From IMG/VR virus record IMGVR_UViG_3300042109_000041, positions 1-43,353 of that record: a stretch of 43,353 nt of DNA; one strand, given 5' to 3'. A model generated the notes under the pieces. It ran no database searches, was not told where the DNA came from, and was given only the letters and a program-made list of their open reading frames with translations. The translations under genes and the position numbers were made by a program. The stretch comes from a virus (Duplodnaviria > Caudoviricetes). The stretch's first letter is position 1, and each line of letters starts with the position of its first letter. Below, piece after piece: positions 1 to 8,563 of this stretch.

Positions 1-638
1 GTGATCACACCGTAAGCACCGGAGGTCTCACCGTACACCACTTCACCCACGGCAAAGAAGCCGAGTTCAGCGGTTTGGAAGTTGGCGCTCAAAGTCACCA
101 CACCAGAAGTAGCCGAGACGTAGGTACCACCGTTGAGTTGGAATCGCTTGGAATCCCAATCCTTCACGCGGCCATCAGACTCAGAAGCAGCCAGCAGAGT
201 ACGAGCAAGGCGCTGATCGTAAGCACGGGCCAGAGCGCGTCCCAATTCGACAGAGTAGATGCTCCGCACGTCCCAGTGAAGTTTGGCCTCATCAAGGTCG
301 TAGATGGAAGCATCAGCAATCAGCAGATCATCGATGGTGATGATCTTTTCACCGATCATGCCTTTGTTACCTTGACCTGTGATGAAATCACCAGGACGGT
401 GGTAGCGGCTGGAGAAACGACCCGTGATCGGAAAGCTTGCGCTTTTGCCCGAAGAGATCGTGCGCTTCATGGTCAGATCTTTGAAGATCGTCTCACGATT
501 GAAGGTAGTCAGAACTTCCCCGGAAAAGATTTTCAGGAAGTTAGCGTTTTCACGCTCGTAGTTACCGGAGGCGGAACCAGCGTTATATTGAACGCCATTA
601 AGTCCACCCAACCGGCCTAGAGATGCAAAATCAGGCAT
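1..638 (-). CDS. Major capsid protein, N-terminal 212 codons (continues at 43353..42580)
   Basis: Missing from the ORF track because it runs off the window. Manual translation from ATG 638: MPDFASLGRLGG...NFLKIFSGEVLTTFNRETIF...RTISSGKSASFPITGR...ITIDDLL...DVRSIYSVELGRALARAYDQ, all T7 gp10-family motifs. Lies directly downstream of the scaffold gene. Confidence 0.95.
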   Translation of the reverse strand, partial: MPDFASLGRLGGLNGVQYNAGSASGNYERENANFLKIFSGEVLTTFNRETIFKDLTMKRTISSGKSASFPITGRFSSRYHRPGDFITGQGNKGMIGEKIITIDDLLIADASIYDLDEAKLHWDVRSIYSVELGRALARAYDQRLARTLLAASESDGRVKDWDSKRFQLNGGTYVSATSGVVTLSANFQTAELGFFAVGEVVYGETSGAYGVI

Positions 639-663
639 CGTTAGTTTGGAGGTAGGAATGTTT

Positions 664-730
664 AACTGCGCTCGCTTTCACTGTTGTTATCGCCTCAGCG
701 GCAACAATGTTTACGTTCGCTAATGAAATA
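664..730 (-). promoter_or_regulatory. Structured 5' leader of the capsid gene (stem-loop)
   Basis: Minus strand CATTGTTG-C-CGC-TGAG-GCG-ATAA-CAACAGTG forms a bulged hairpin in the scaffold-capsid gap. Confidence 0.45.
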
Positions 731-1363
731 CTAACCCCTTGGGCCTAGAACTTCGCTACGAATCAGTTTGTCTTGAACATCTTGGGTATAAGCAGGGTCC
801 TGCAAATACCGAGGATCGCTCATAGCAGCCATGACTTCTTGACTGGAACGGAACACATCACTGCTGTTACCAGACAGCTTTCCACCAATCAGATCAGGCT
901 CATAGCCATTGTTGTCCTGGTAGGCGTAGTACAACGATTGAAGAGCGTTACGAGCACGGTAGTAATCACCGCTATTAACTTCGCGGTTGTAAGCCTCAAG
1001 CTCGTCTTGGTTCAGGTTGTCCTTAGCCCAAGACTGAACAGCAGCAAAGTTTTCTTGACCACCAATGCTGTCAAGAATGACTTGCTCATCCTCTTGAGAC
1101 AGAACAGGGACTTCTTGTTCAGTAGCTTCGTCTTCTACCTCAGGTTCATCAGCAGCTTCATAGCCACGGGAACCTAGTTTCTTCTCAAGCTCTTGGTAAG
1201 CCTTAAGAAGGTCATCAGTAGAACGAAACTTACCAGCAATTAGATCTTGCTGTTCCTGAGCTTGCTCCTGTTGTTCAGCTTCATTAAGAATCTGAAGGTC
1301 TTGCTCAGAGTAAGGACCAGTTTGTTGGCCCAAGAAATTATCAGCGATAACTTCCATGATCAA
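731..1363 (-). CDS. Capsid assembly scaffolding protein (T7 gp9-like)
   Basis: Acidic; GKF..DDL.KAY.ELEKKLG; C-terminal FRSSQEVMAAMSDPRY..DPAY..DV..KL; between portal and capsid. Confidence 0.92.
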   Translation of the reverse strand: MIMEVIADNFLGQQTGPYSEQDLQILNEAEQQEQAQEQQDLIAGKFRSTDDLLKAYQELEKKLGSRGYEAADEPEVEDEATEQEVPVLSQEDEQVILDSIGGQENFAAVQSWAKDNLNQDELEAYNREVNSGDYYRARNALQSLYYAYQDNNGYEPDLIGGKLSGNSSDVFRSSQEVMAAMSDPRYLQDPAYTQDVQDKLIRSEVLGPRG

Positions 1364-1578
1364 CCAATACGAACGGTCAGATCAGGATACACCCAAGCAG
1401 GACGACGATTCTTAATCGCAGCCACATATTGTTCGTACACTTCAGGCTTTTCTTCCTTCAGTTGTTCGATCAGTAGATCCAGCTTGGACTTAGGTGCAGC
1501 TTTCTTAGGAGCTTCTTTAACCTCTTCAGAAGCCACCAGGGGCTCCGGCGACTTCTTGACTTGCCCGGATTGAGTCAT
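1360..1578 (-). CDS. Small hypothetical protein between portal and scaffold
   Basis: 72 aa ORF; its stop overlaps the scaffold start and it overlaps the portal 3' end by 53 nt. Confidence 0.65.
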   Translation of the reverse strand: MTQSGQVKKSPEPLVASEEVKEAPKKAAPKSKLDLLIEQLKEEKPEVYEQYVAAIKNRRPAWVYPDLTVRIG

Positions 1579-3118
1579 TTTCAGCTTTAACGAGTGCGGC
1601 TTGTTTAGCAGGATCGTTATTAGGATCTTGCTGAGCCATTTGTTGCTGCATCATCATAGCTGCTTGTTGTTCTTCAGCCATGAGATCCTCGTCACTCTTA
1701 ATAAGCTTGTAGGTATCAAGACCGTCAGAAGCTGCAAGGCGAGTGATCAATTCACGGCTGTTGACATACTTAGCCAAAGCATCAGGTCCGAGAGTTCCTG
1801 CGATGGTTTGGAGAAACTCAATAAGTTTGGCTTTGTCGTTACCACGTCCAAGAGCGTCCAGACCAGTTGTGATCTGAGGTTTAACAATGTTCTTAGGCAG
1901 CTTCGGTAAACGACCTTGACGTTCCATCAAAGCCATCTTGCGGTTTACCAACGGTAGCTGCAGCTCAATACTGAGGATGCTGTAGATACCACCAAGACCT
2001 GCTTCAAGCTCCTGTGCAACCATTCTGATCTCTTCCGCTGTAACGCGGTCCCGACCAGAGGTACCAGCTTGAATGGCACTGTTAAGCAGGAACGCAAAGC
2101 TCAGTCGTTGTTCGATTCGAGCGATGGTGTTCAGAGCAACCGTAAGATCAGCTTGCTTCTGCATTTGCAGAGGTGCCACATCATTAGGATTGCCAGCCAC
2201 AATTGATCCATTGGCAGCCCGAGCAAGAGCGTCAGGGCGAGTCGTACCGTTTGGATTGCAGAGGAAGATGATCTTGGCTGCTGCTGCTGAACCTTCAACG
2301 ATTGCTTTAGAGAGGTACTCAAGGCTCTTCAGGTCTCCCAGAAGCTCTTCACAATATCCACGACCGTAAGCTTCGTGAGCCACACGGAACATACGGAGAG
2401 GGATCCAAGGGCTCTTATCAATCGGCACTGAACCCTTTTTACCAATGGGTTTGCCGTAAGCCTCTTGATACCACTCACAACGATCTTTGTCGTAGTTCCA
2501 AGTGACGTGGGTGTAAAGGAACACCGTTTTGTCTACGAACTTTCCATCAGAGTTCTTTGGTGCAACCTTCTCAGGCAACACATCAGGGCTGACTTCCTCA
2601 CGCACTACAACCTCAAGGATGTTTCCCTCAGGGTCCCTGTTCAACACAAACGACTTGAGAGGGTAAACACGAGTGCCGTTGTCAGCGACATACAGCAAAG
2701 CGTTACCACCAATGATGAGGTGCTTAAGAGCTTCAAACAGTGCTGTACGGTCTCCAGACTCTTCAATGTCCCGCATGACGGAACGTTCCATCAAAGCCAG
2801 TTGTTGGTCAAACTCTGATTGGAGATCTTTGAAATTATCCAGCTCACGCTTCAGCTTCATATCGTCTACAGAGAGACGGAAGAAGCTTTGGTTAGGCGGA
2901 AGCAAAGCAATAAGAAGTTTGCTAGCCAGGTTGTTTACACCACGAGCACCTAGACCTTGGTAGGTGGTTTGGATCTTGGTGTAAAGGTTTTTACCTGTGC
3001 TCCTGTCGTTATCGGTAATAAGAGTCGGCAGAGTGTACTTACTACACTCAATAGCTCGATCCAGATAAATCGTCTTTTCCGGCTCTAGTGCCGAATAACG
3101 AGCAGACGCATTAGACAT
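1526..3118 (-). CDS. Portal / head-tail connector (T7 gp8-like)
   Basis: YQGLGARGVNNLASKL, PWIPLR...E.YGRG..EE.LGDL.SLE, RVTAEEIR, ITTGLDALGRG. Confidence 0.97.
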   Translation of the reverse strand: MSNASARYSALEPEKTIYLDRAIECSKYTLPTLITDNDRSTGKNLYTKIQTTYQGLGARGVNNLASKLLIALLPPNQSFFRLSVDDMKLKRELDNFKDLQSEFDQQLALMERSVMRDIEESGDRTALFEALKHLIIGGNALLYVADNGTRVYPLKSFVLNRDPEGNILEVVVREEVSPDVLPEKVAPKNSDGKFVDKTVFLYTHVTWNYDKDRCEWYQEAYGKPIGKKGSVPIDKSPWIPLRMFRVAHEAYGRGYCEELLGDLKSLEYLSKAIVEGSAAAAKIIFLCNPNGTTRPDALARAANGSIVAGNPNDVAPLQMQKQADLTVALNTIARIEQRLSFAFLLNSAIQAGTSGRDRVTAEEIRMVAQELEAGLGGIYSILSIELQLPLVNRKMALMERQGRLPKLPKNIVKPQITTGLDALGRGNDKAKLIEFLQTIAGTLGPDALAKYVNSRELITRLAASDGLDTYKLIKSDEDLMAEEQQAAMMMQQQMAQQDPNNDPAKQAALVKAENDSIRASQEVAGAPGGF

Positions 3119-3614
3119 TCAAACCACCAGTCGCATTAGGTGTCCCCATTCCAATTCCAACAGAAAGAGGGGATCGTATTTCCAAATTAGTACGCAACGC
3201 AGCAGGTGTGCCAACACGTTGACGTACTCGACTGCTGACAGGACCAGTTGTAGCTTGCTGTTGTTGTAATTGTGCTGCAAGGTTTTGCTGTTGCAAAGCC
3301 AAAGCAGAAGCTTGCTTTTGCTGAATTATTTGTTGTTCTGCTGCAGAACGAGATTGCTGAGCTTGAGCTGAAATGGCTGCTGTTTGCTCTCTAGTCTGTT
3401 GAAGATTTTGCTCAAACTGAAGTCTTTGAGCTGCTGCAGTATCTCGCAGGATTTGAAGCTGTTCAAGTCCTTGAGACTTAGCAGTTGAAGCTTGTTTGCT
3501 AGATGCTCTAGCTGCCTTTCTTGCAGCATCAGCCTGCTCTCGTGCAGATTTAGCTGCTTCGTAAGCAGAGTAAATGCCTATACCAGTTTGAATTAAATCA
3601 AAGACACTAGCCAT
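3111..3614 (-). CDS. Q/A-rich virion protein, gp6.7/gp7.3-like position
   Basis: Immediately upstream of portal; coiled-coil composition; ends L.I...GGLNV like T7-type pre-portal proteins. Confidence 0.6.
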   Translation of the reverse strand: MASVFDLIQTGIGIYSAYEAAKSAREQADAARKAARASSKQASTAKSQGLEQLQILRDTAAAQRLQFEQNLQQTREQTAAISAQAQQSRSAAEQQIIQQKQASALALQQQNLAAQLQQQQATTGPVSSRVRQRVGTPAALRTNLEIRSPLSVGIGMGTPNATGGLNV

Positions 3615-3780
3615 ACTTAGTTTCCTCTTGCAGGTTGTATTGGTCCTTTAAGTGCCTTACTACAGAAACTTGGCCTGCTCGGAACCAAATAAGCTTCTCA
3701 TCCATACTAAGGTCAGGAGCTTTATCTGGATACAATTCGTCCAGATAATTGATAAGTTCAACCTCAAGGATAGGTTTCAT
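3607..3780 (-). CDS. Small conserved podovirus protein (57 aa; gp6.5-like position)
   Basis: Manual: MKPILEVELINYLDELYPDKAPDLSMDEKLIWFRAGQVSVVRHLKDQYNLQEETKYG; fills the gap and overlaps both neighbours. Confidence 0.8.
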   Translation of the reverse strand: MKPILEVELINYLDELYPDKAPDLSMDEKLIWFRAGQVSVVRHLKDQYNLQEETKYG

Positions 3781-4466
3781 ATATTTAGTCCTGTGGGGTT
3801 TACTCGGCCTGGAGCTGTCCCACTGTAACCACCCATATTTAAACGACTAATGCGGGTATAAGCAGCTTTGGGGGCACCAACAGTAGAAATCTTTTGACGT
3901 TGTTTAGGTTGCTGAGTAATGGGTGCGTTAACTGCTGCTTTTTGCTGCTGTTGAATAGAAAGCTGACTTGCTTGGGCTTTTGCTTTTTGAAGTTGTGCAG
4001 TGTCTTTCTTCTTTTGAAGAGCAGCGGCTGCAGTTAGTTCATTTAAAAGCCTGGAAGATTCAGCAACAATTCCAGGTTGAGCTTCCTGTTCTTGTCTAAT
4101 AGATTCAGCAAGAGCTTGACCTTCAGTGTTAATTGCAGAAATATCAGAACCTAATTCACGAGAGGTTTGTGTTTCTGCTTCCCAAGCTGAATAAGCTTTA
4201 TTAAAAGTTGCTGAATAACCTTTTAAATAATCTTTGTAAAAATCTGTTTCTTTAAAGTTCTTTTTAAGCTCTGACTCTGCATAACGAATTGAATCTTTTT
4301 GATTCAATTTTTGCTGCCTTCTCCAAGTTTCTGCTTCTCGTTTAATAACAGAACGACCTTGACTTGTTTTCTTCCACTCTTCAAAATACTGACCAGATTT
4401 AAGCGGATTATTTTGAGGGGCCGCAGGAATATCTGGCAATTGAATTGGGTTCCAACTAAAAGTCAT
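3777..4466 (-). CDS. K/Q-rich putative virion protein ending GLNI
   Basis: 229 aa ORF; C-terminus ...PTGLNI resembles that of 3111..3614. Confidence 0.6.
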   Translation of the reverse strand: MTFSWNPIQLPDIPAAPQNNPLKSGQYFEEWKKTSQGRSVIKREAETWRRQQKLNQKDSIRYAESELKKNFKETDFYKDYLKGYSATFNKAYSAWEAETQTSRELGSDISAINTEGQALAESIRQEQEAQPGIVAESSRLLNELTAAAALQKKKDTAQLQKAKAQASQLSIQQQQKAAVNAPITQQPKQRQKISTVGAPKAAYTRISRLNMGGYSGTAPGRVNPTGLNI

Positions 4467-4486
4467 GGCCGTTCTGTTGCTTTAAC

Positions 4487-5200
4487 TCAAGCGTAACTGG
4501 GAAGATCAGAATTGCTGGTCTCGAAGAACGCAGGCATCCGACCACGTTGAGTTTCCAGCAGACCTTCTGCTTTACCTGAATACATCAGGCTGTCGCTTTG
4601 ATCCAACCAGAACTGCTTGTCCAGGTACTTGTTGCTGGACTTGGTAAGCGGCTGCATCACCCAATTAATGGTTGCCTTTCTGAGGCGATCCAAACTAGGA
4701 GAGACAGTGAGACCAAGCTCACGACATACCAAGCTATTTGTTGCAACGTGGACTTGTTCATCACGACTGATATCAGCAGAAATGGTTCTTAGTCCAGCGT
4801 CACCGTTGAAGCGGAAGAAGGGGAGGATAACAAAGAATATGCTTCTCTCAGCCACCAGTGCTTTGAGTACGGTGTGGTCTGGATGATCTTCCCAAGCTTT
4901 TCGTAGGCGAGCTGCTTCCGCTTCTGCTTGGCTATCTGTTCCGAGCGCATTTGCTGCGTATCCCAAGGCAAGGTCATGGTTCTCCTCGTCTTTGATGTTT
5001 GTAAGAAGAAGATCACGAGCTGCTTCAGGTACCTCTGATTTCAGAGCTTCGTTAATAAACTCACCGACAGGCAGCTCAAGTTGTCGAAGGGCGAGAGCCC
5101 GGAAGATAGCTTCTTCCGAACCCTCTTTCAACTTACCTCCAGTTGTTTGAACAGGAGACCAAGTACGCTTACGGTCAAGCAGTTTCTGATACGGGTTCAT
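4487..5200 (-). CDS. nrdB: Ribonucleotide reductase class I beta subunit (ferritin-like, cyanopodovirus type)
   Basis: Two DExxH motifs (DEENH, DEQVH) plus ELPV and VAERSIFF; ATG 5200 overlaps the nrdA stop (ATGA). Confidence 0.85.
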   Translation of the reverse strand: MNPYQKLLDRKRTWSPVQTTGGKLKEGSEEAIFRALALRQLELPVGEFINEALKSEVPEAARDLLLTNIKDEENHDLALGYAANALGTDSQAEAEAARLRKAWEDHPDHTVLKALVAERSIFFVILPFFRFNGDAGLRTISADISRDEQVHVATNSLVCRELGLTVSPSLDRLRKATINWVMQPLTKSSNKYLDKQFWLDQSDSLMYSGKAEGLLETQRGRMPAFFETSNSDLPSYA

Positions 5201-6600
5201 TCGGCGCAATCGCATTGAGGTTCTGAATCCCCATCAAGAATCCCGGCAAGATAAGCCTCGACATCTACATCGCTAATAGCTGCGTAGGCGTTAGTTTTAT
5301 CTTGTGTATCTGACATTACCTGAAGAGAGTAATACAAACTCTTCAGAGGGGAGTTCAACCATCGTGCCATAAATTGACGGTCCATTGTTGTCATATCGGA
5401 CCACCAATTCATAGAAATTGCGTGAGCCATTCCAGTGCTGTCCATGAGCTTTTGCCACTCACTGTTTAGCTCAAAGAACACGTCCCAACCAACCTCTTCA
5501 GCTGTCTCACATTTGGGATTGAACTTGTAGCTCTGCACCCCAAGAGTGGCACTATCACGATCTACCTCGCGGCTAATCGGAGGAGAGATCTCAGGGGTTG
5601 TAGTGAAGCCCTCACGGTCCACATAGCGGTACGCACAAGACGCTGTAGGAGCCACAGTGAACGCTCGTGACATCTTGTAGTCAGCAGCCACCTTAGAGGC
5701 CTCCATGAAGCCCACATAAAGCGCTTGAGCGATCTCACCAGCTTTGTTATCAGCGGTTCCTAGCCCAAGGTTCTTGCGGCGAAGCGCAGCAACAAACTCC
5801 TCATACTTGACGCCTTCAATGGCAAGAAGGTTTGCAAGACCAAGAACACCAAGACCAACTTGGTTATCCTTTCGACTGTAAATCCCTGATTCATCTACAC
5901 CTGTACGGGTGTAAAGATCACAAAGGAACTTCATCCCATCAACAAAAGCTTGAGGGATTTCATTGATTTTGGTAAGACCCAAGTTGATGTGACTCAACAA
6001 GCAAGTGTCACGAGACTTAAGCAGGATCTCTTGGCAAACGTTTGAGTAGATGCGATCACCGTTTGCGTCGTACTGCTTCTTAACAATCCAAACGTCACCC
6101 TTACGGGCAGCGTCCATGATTGCTTTTAGTTTGTCGGGCTGATCAATGATGTCAGGATCAACATTGACACAGCGCTTGATCCAAGGAATACGAGCTCGAT
6201 CGTAATTAACAAACTCAAGAATGTCAGGGTGATCTGCGTCGCAATGAGCAACGATTGCACCGTTCCGATATGTTCCCCCTCGACGAAGGATCTCGTTGAA
6301 CTTGGAGTAAATCTCCATGAACCCACAAGGACCTGAAGCAACCATTCCGTGGCTGTTTTCGGTACCTTTTGCACGAAGCTTAGACAGGTGGATAGCAACG
6401 CCTGCGCCGTAGCGAAGAGCTTTACTAGCGAACTGCCAAGAACCTTCGAGACCATCAGGGTGTTCATCCATTGTGTCTTCTACAACGAAGACAGTACAGG
6501 AGACCGGATACCTACGAGTCGGATTCTTGATCCAGCTCTCCACCCTCCCCGTCATTGCGATCGCTGGATTCAGAGTCGTCATCGAAAGTTCCATTGTCAA
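5197..6600 (-). CDS. nrdA: Ribonucleotide reductase alpha subunit (compact, no ATP cone)
   Basis: PVSC, SNVCQE (NxCxE), TCLL, APTASC, SLYY and C-terminal CDC. True start is probably ATG 6594 or 6582. Confidence 0.93.
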   Translation of the reverse strand: MTMELSMTTLNPAIAMTGRVESWIKNPTRRYPVSCTVFVVEDTMDEHPDGLEGSWQFASKALRYGAGVAIHLSKLRAKGTENSHGMVASGPCGFMEIYSKFNEILRRGGTYRNGAIVAHCDADHPDILEFVNYDRARIPWIKRCVNVDPDIIDQPDKLKAIMDAARKGDVWIVKKQYDANGDRIYSNVCQEILLKSRDTCLLSHINLGLTKINEIPQAFVDGMKFLCDLYTRTGVDESGIYSRKDNQVGLGVLGLANLLAIEGVKYEEFVAALRRKNLGLGTADNKAGEIAQALYVGFMEASKVAADYKMSRAFTVAPTASCAYRYVDREGFTTTPEISPPISREVDRDSATLGVQSYKFNPKCETAEEVGWDVFFELNSEWQKLMDSTGMAHAISMNWWSDMTTMDRQFMARWLNSPLKSLYYSLQVMSDTQDKTNAYAAISDVDVEAYLAGILDGDSEPQCDCAE

Positions 6601-6802
6601 TTGAGTGTTGAAGTGAGGTAATTACAAAGTCGTTCCACTGTTCATCATCAAGTTGATTCAGTGGTTCAAGTTCAGGGTGTTCATCAGGATCCCAGTAAAA
6701 CTGAATAGATCCGTTACCCTCGTCATCTTCCTCGTATTCAGCTTCGACATACTGCCAAGCTTCAGGAGGAATCTGTTGCAGCAGTTCAGTGTAATCCTTC
6801 AT
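6512..6802 (-). CDS. Acidic hypothetical protein
   Basis: 96 aa; start overlaps the upstream stop (ATGA); tail overlaps the nrdA start. Confidence 0.7.
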   Translation of the reverse strand: MKDYTELLQQIPPEAWQYVEAEYEEDDEGNGSIQFYWDPDEHPELEPLNQLDDEQWNDFVITSLQHSIDNGTFDDDSESSDRNDGEGGELDQESDS

Positions 6803-7155
6803 AAGTCTGAGAGATCGGCGGGTTTGAAGTTAGGTCCTTTTTGTACCTTTCCGTTGACTTTGGTGAAAGGAAACTTAGACCAGTTGGAAAGATAAACTCG
6901 TCCAAAAGCATCGTCAGGGTCCACACCATAAAGATGGAGAAGGCCATATGTGACCCAAATGAGGTCGCACGCTTCTTTAAGGATCTGCGGGCGCTTCTCG
7001 TTACGGAACGCGTACATGAGTTCGTAGAACTCCTCCTCGACGTAGGTGAGTTGTTGCTCAAGCGCCTCGAGGTAGCCATCAGATTCAGGACTGATTAGCT
7101 GGTCCGCTTTTTGCATCCAAGCTTGCACTAGTTCCGCATTGGAAGTCAGCATCAT
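6799..7155 (-). CDS. MazG-like / all-alpha NTP pyrophosphohydrolase
   Basis: EEEFYE...LKEACDLIWVTYG...V..SN.SK....NGKV.KGPNF..ADL. Start placed at ATG 7155 rather than 7209. Confidence 0.85.
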   Translation of the reverse strand: MMLTSNAELVQAWMQKADQLISPESDGYLEALEQQLTYVEEEFYELMYAFRNEKRPQILKEACDLIWVTYGLLHLYGVDPDDAFGRVYLSNWSKFPFTKVNGKVQKGPNFKPADLSDL

Positions 7156-7423
7156 CTGAGTCAAGGATTGAATCGTAAAGGTTTGCTTGCCGTTGAGCCC
7201 ACTTGGCATCCCACTCTTCTGATCGTTTGATCAGTCGGTCAAGATACCAGCGAGCTTTCTTAAGATCTTCAGTACCGTTCTTGTGTTGGTACCTAGTCAC
7301 ATACTTGATGATGTTGCCTTCAATGAAGTCAAAGCAGTGACTGTCGATGTAATCAATACATTCAATTACTCCTGTATCGAAGGCGTAGTGGTGGGGTCGT
7401 ATTGGATCGTTGGTGGTGTCCAT
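7085..7423 (-). CDS. DUF3310 protein (T7 gp1.7 nucleotide-kinase-like)
   Basis: P.HY...IECIDYI...F..GN.IKY..RY.HKNG.EDLKKA.WYL.RL. Confidence 0.88.
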   Translation of the reverse strand: MDTTNDPIRPHHYAFDTGVIECIDYIDSHCFDFIEGNIIKYVTRYQHKNGTEDLKKARWYLDRLIKRSEEWDAKWAQRQANLYDSILDSDDADFQCGTSASLDAKSGPANQS

Positions 7424-8145
7424 AGTTGAATCTCATTGAGGGTGTACTCAGTGTCACGAAGGATGCGAGCGAGGCGTGCTTGGTTCAAGGCGTAGTCAGC
7501 ACTCAAACCTTTCTTTGCGTACTGCTGAACTACAGTTCGCCATGCGGTGGTTTCTGAGAAGTCTTCTGCTGGGATGAGCTTCTCTGCTGTCTTCGGGCCA
7601 ACCCCAGGGCAACCAGGATAGCCGTCAACGGAATCACCGGTAAGAGTCTGACGATAGTAAAAGACATCAGCGTCAAGTTGAGAGATGGTAAAGATGTTTC
7701 CATCGTTATCTAGATGGGTACCAGGAATCTGTTTTAGATCCTTGTCCCCAGACCACATAACGACTTGATCGCTATGGCGAGTAGTGAGGATGCCTAAAAC
7801 ATCATCAGCTTCCAGCCTGGCCCAACACTCAGACGGAAACTGTTGCTCTGCCCACCGTCGAATTGCCAAGTACCCAACTGGTTTCCGACGATGGTTTCCA
7901 GCACGGTTTCCCTTGTAGGACGGTTCAATGTCTTTACGGAAGTTTTGATCAGCAGTCCAACAAAGCGTGAATCGATCTGATTGTGCTTGATTGCGCTTGA
8001 TATCCAAAAGCTCATTGAACATCAACTTGGCTTCTTTGACTGGTAGATGAGTCGTAATGATGTCAGGACACCATTCGATTTCAACTTCGCAAGCGGCCAC
8101 TGTTTGATACAGCAGCATATCTGCGTCAAGCAGTAGCCACGTCAT
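7366..8145 (-). CDS. 5'-3' exonuclease (T7 gp6-like)
   Basis: LLDAD, NFRK...SYKGNR, LEADDVLG, DKDLKQIPG, GDSVDGYPGCPGVG. Confidence 0.95.
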   Translation of the reverse strand: MTWLLLDADMLLYQTVAACEVEIEWCPDIITTHLPVKEAKLMFNELLDIKRNQAQSDRFTLCWTADQNFRKDIEPSYKGNRAGNHRRKPVGYLAIRRWAEQQFPSECWARLEADDVLGILTTRHSDQVVMWSGDKDLKQIPGTHLDNDGNIFTISQLDADVFYYRQTLTGDSVDGYPGCPGVGPKTAEKLIPAEDFSETTAWRTVVQQYAKKGLSADYALNQARLARILRDTEYTLNEIQLWTPPTIQYDPTTTPSIQE

Positions 8146-8563
8146 CAGTACCTCCTTGATGGGTCCCTAGCTTATTAACCCTGGCTAGGTAGTCCACTGC
8201 TTTTAGGACGCCTTCAAGATTGTCACCAAGCTTTCCGATGCCAGTGTTGCAGTTGTTACACAGCCAACCTCTGTGCTCATGACTGTCGTGGCAGTGATCC
8301 CAGTGCAGCTTCTGCTCGGTAAGGCCACAGCATTCGCAGGGTGTACCTAGCTCAGGAGTCTTCTGTTTACGTCGAAGCTTGTTGTAGTGGTTCATATGAC
8401 GACAGGCACAGGAGAGACATTCAGGCCGTCTCCAAGTACCGTTCCGACCGAACAGTTCTACCGGCTTGGTTTGCTTACAGATCTTGCAGGTCTTAGTGAC
8501 ACTCTGCCCAGTTAGATCCGACTTTGTACTCCGCACCGATTTCAATACGGAGTCCAAGTTCAT
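8126..8563 (-). CDS. Endonuclease VII-family (His-Me) nuclease, probable homing endonuclease
   Basis: CxxC zinc finger followed by CECC..L.WDHCH...RGWLCNNCNTGIG.LGDN. Start uncertain (ATG 8563 chosen; frame open to 8746). Confidence 0.85.
   Translation of the reverse strand: MNLDSVLKSVRSTKSDLTGQSVTKTCKICKQTKPVELFGRNGTWRRPECLSCACRHMNHYNKLRRKQKTPELGTPCECCGLTEQKLHWDHCHDSHEHRGWLCNNCNTGIGKLGDNLEGVLKAVDYLARVNKLGTHQGGTDDVATA

Noticed and set aside
75-620. 181-aa plus-strand ORF, and the many other plus-strand ORFs over long genes (e.g. 18891..19427, 35062..35724, 40142..40693)
   Set aside because: Antisense shadows of well-supported minus-strand genes; no motifs.
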